NCBI RefSeq assembly: GCF_009914755.1
Contig: NC_060927.1
Length of the DNA stretch: 64,000 nt
Source: the human T2T-CHM13v2.0 reference genome, Homo sapiens
Strand: one strand, 5' to 3'
In this document: piece after piece, positions 62,780 through 64,000 of the stretch
Position numbering within the stretch: the stretch's first letter is position 1
How the letters are laid out: every line of letters begins with the position of its first letter
The notes under the pieces: generated by a model
The model's input: the letters and a program-made list of their open reading frames with translations, nothing else
Databases searched by the model: none
Told to the model about the DNA's origin: nothing
Translations under genes and position numbers: made by a program

Positions 62780-63300
62780 TGATTTATTCTTTTATACATT
62801 CAACACTTATTTACGGAGAGCTTCCTATAACCTTGGGAATCTGTGGGCCTACCATTCCCAAAAATATAAAAGAGTGCACCAGGCTGGATATGACAATATG
62901 CCAAGTGAGGGAGACAGAGGGCCAGTGTGGCAGGAGAAGAGGGTGAAACTGCAAGACTCCATCAAGGTAGAAAAACCACAAGTGTCTTGTGAAAAGGAGT
63001 TAAGATTTGGAGATGGCAGCAATACAGAAAGGAAAAACAGCATGGGCAAAGCCATGAGGGTGCCACCGCCCAAGTCTTACTCAGGGGCAATGAGAGAATG
63101 ACCTTGGCGGGAGAAGAAGGTTTATGTGGGGATGATTATGGAGAGCAATGGGTGCCAGGCTAAGGTGTTTGGAAGCCATTGAGAGGTTGGTTGTTTGGTT
63201 GGTTGGTTGGTTGGTTGGTTTGGGATTGTGGTATTTCAAGGATATTAATCTGGCAAGAAGATGCTAAAGAGATTGAATCAGTAGGACAGTCAAAGGCAAA
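62780..63300 (-). mobile_element. L2-like remnant with (GGTT)n tract (about 63185-63220) in CLDN18 intron 1
   Basis: cattcaacacttatttac..; gggtgccaggctaagg..ggaagccattgagaggtt. Confidence 0.55.
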
Positions 63301-63689
63301 GGCAGTAGAACCAAAGTGAGAAGGAGGGACTGGGTATAAACAGCGGAACGTGAGCCAGATGGGTGGGTAACTGGCAGCTGGTCAGTGAGGTCTCCCTCCA
63401 CTAAGGACCAGAAGGAAGATGAACCTCTTCCACGTTCCCATGTCCTGCTGACCCCTCCTTAGCTCTTGGTCTAACCATTTGCCACTGAGATTCTCCCTCA
63501 CTGCAGATACGAAGTGCCCAAAACCTGCCCAGTGGCTAGGACCTCGGTCCATGCAGTTACAGGCCATAGTGGGGAGAATCAGCCTATGGCTGACCTCATG
63601 CCACACACAGCACCTGCAGTGATATCTGAGGGCTTCATTCTGCTTCACAAAGGGAAAATAACAATGACAAATCATGCACTAGCACTTGA

Positions 63690-63860
63690 GTAGGCAACTG
63701 CCTTACAATATTTTGTATAATCTCTACAGCCACCTTGTTAGTTTGGTACTACAATTATCATTTTTGAGACAAGAAAACTGATTCTGAGTAACTTGCCCAA
63801 GGACACTTGCAGATGTAGCCAGAGCTAAAACCCTGTCCTGTCCGCACCTAAGCCCTGGCT
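63690..63860 (-). mobile_element. MIR in CLDN18 intron 1
   Basis: gaaaactgattctgagtaacttgcccaaggacac..agccagagct. Confidence 0.6.
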
Positions 63861-64000
63861 TGCAGCCCTAATAGGGAGCCCTAAACACAAAGCAGAAATC
63901 TCTCCTGACCCAAGTAGAAATTCCCAGTGCAGAAGCACCTTCCTGTCCTCATCTCTTGCCTAAGTCTGATGCTGCAGGCCCATACAGAATTCTCCTTGAA

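Noticed and set aside
61752-64000. Lung-type CLDN18.1 first exon or further CLDN18 exons
   Set aside because: No MSTTTCQ-type exon and no exon-2 sequence (MLQAVR) in the translations; they should lie beyond the window.

Overview
Primate, very probably human, genomic DNA. The only protein-coding feature I recognise is the first coding exon of the stomach-type claudin-18 isoform, CLDN18.2 (ATG 61532, splice donor after 61751), with its proximal promoter. From established gene order, the 61 kb to its left would be intergenic DNA between SOX14 and CLDN18 on 3q22; SOX14 is not visible here. Most of the window is decayed transposable elements: a two-LTR ERVL-class provirus with an intact 5-bp target-site duplication (TSD) at 277-7542, two 5'-inverted L1PA copies, a full-length inactive L1PA whose antisense ORF0 is still open, older L1M/L2/MIR, MaLR and ERV1 LTRs, Alus, and hAT/Tigger MITEs. 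All long ORFs other than CLDN18 come from these elements or are spurious. I see no convincing wholly new biological system. The best leads are: (1) an open read-through frame plus an intronic AATAAA that could give a truncated 130-aa CLDN18.2; (2) a perfect 45-bp inverted templated insertion among other micro-rearrangements 2.5-7 kb upstream of the gene; (3) homeobox/SOX-dense unique blocks at about 24.5-28.5 kb between two same-orientation CTCF motifs; (4) the open L1 ORF0. Repeat subfamily names come from my recall of consensus sequences, not a search. Boundaries without a TSD or terminal inverted repeat (TIR) are approximate.
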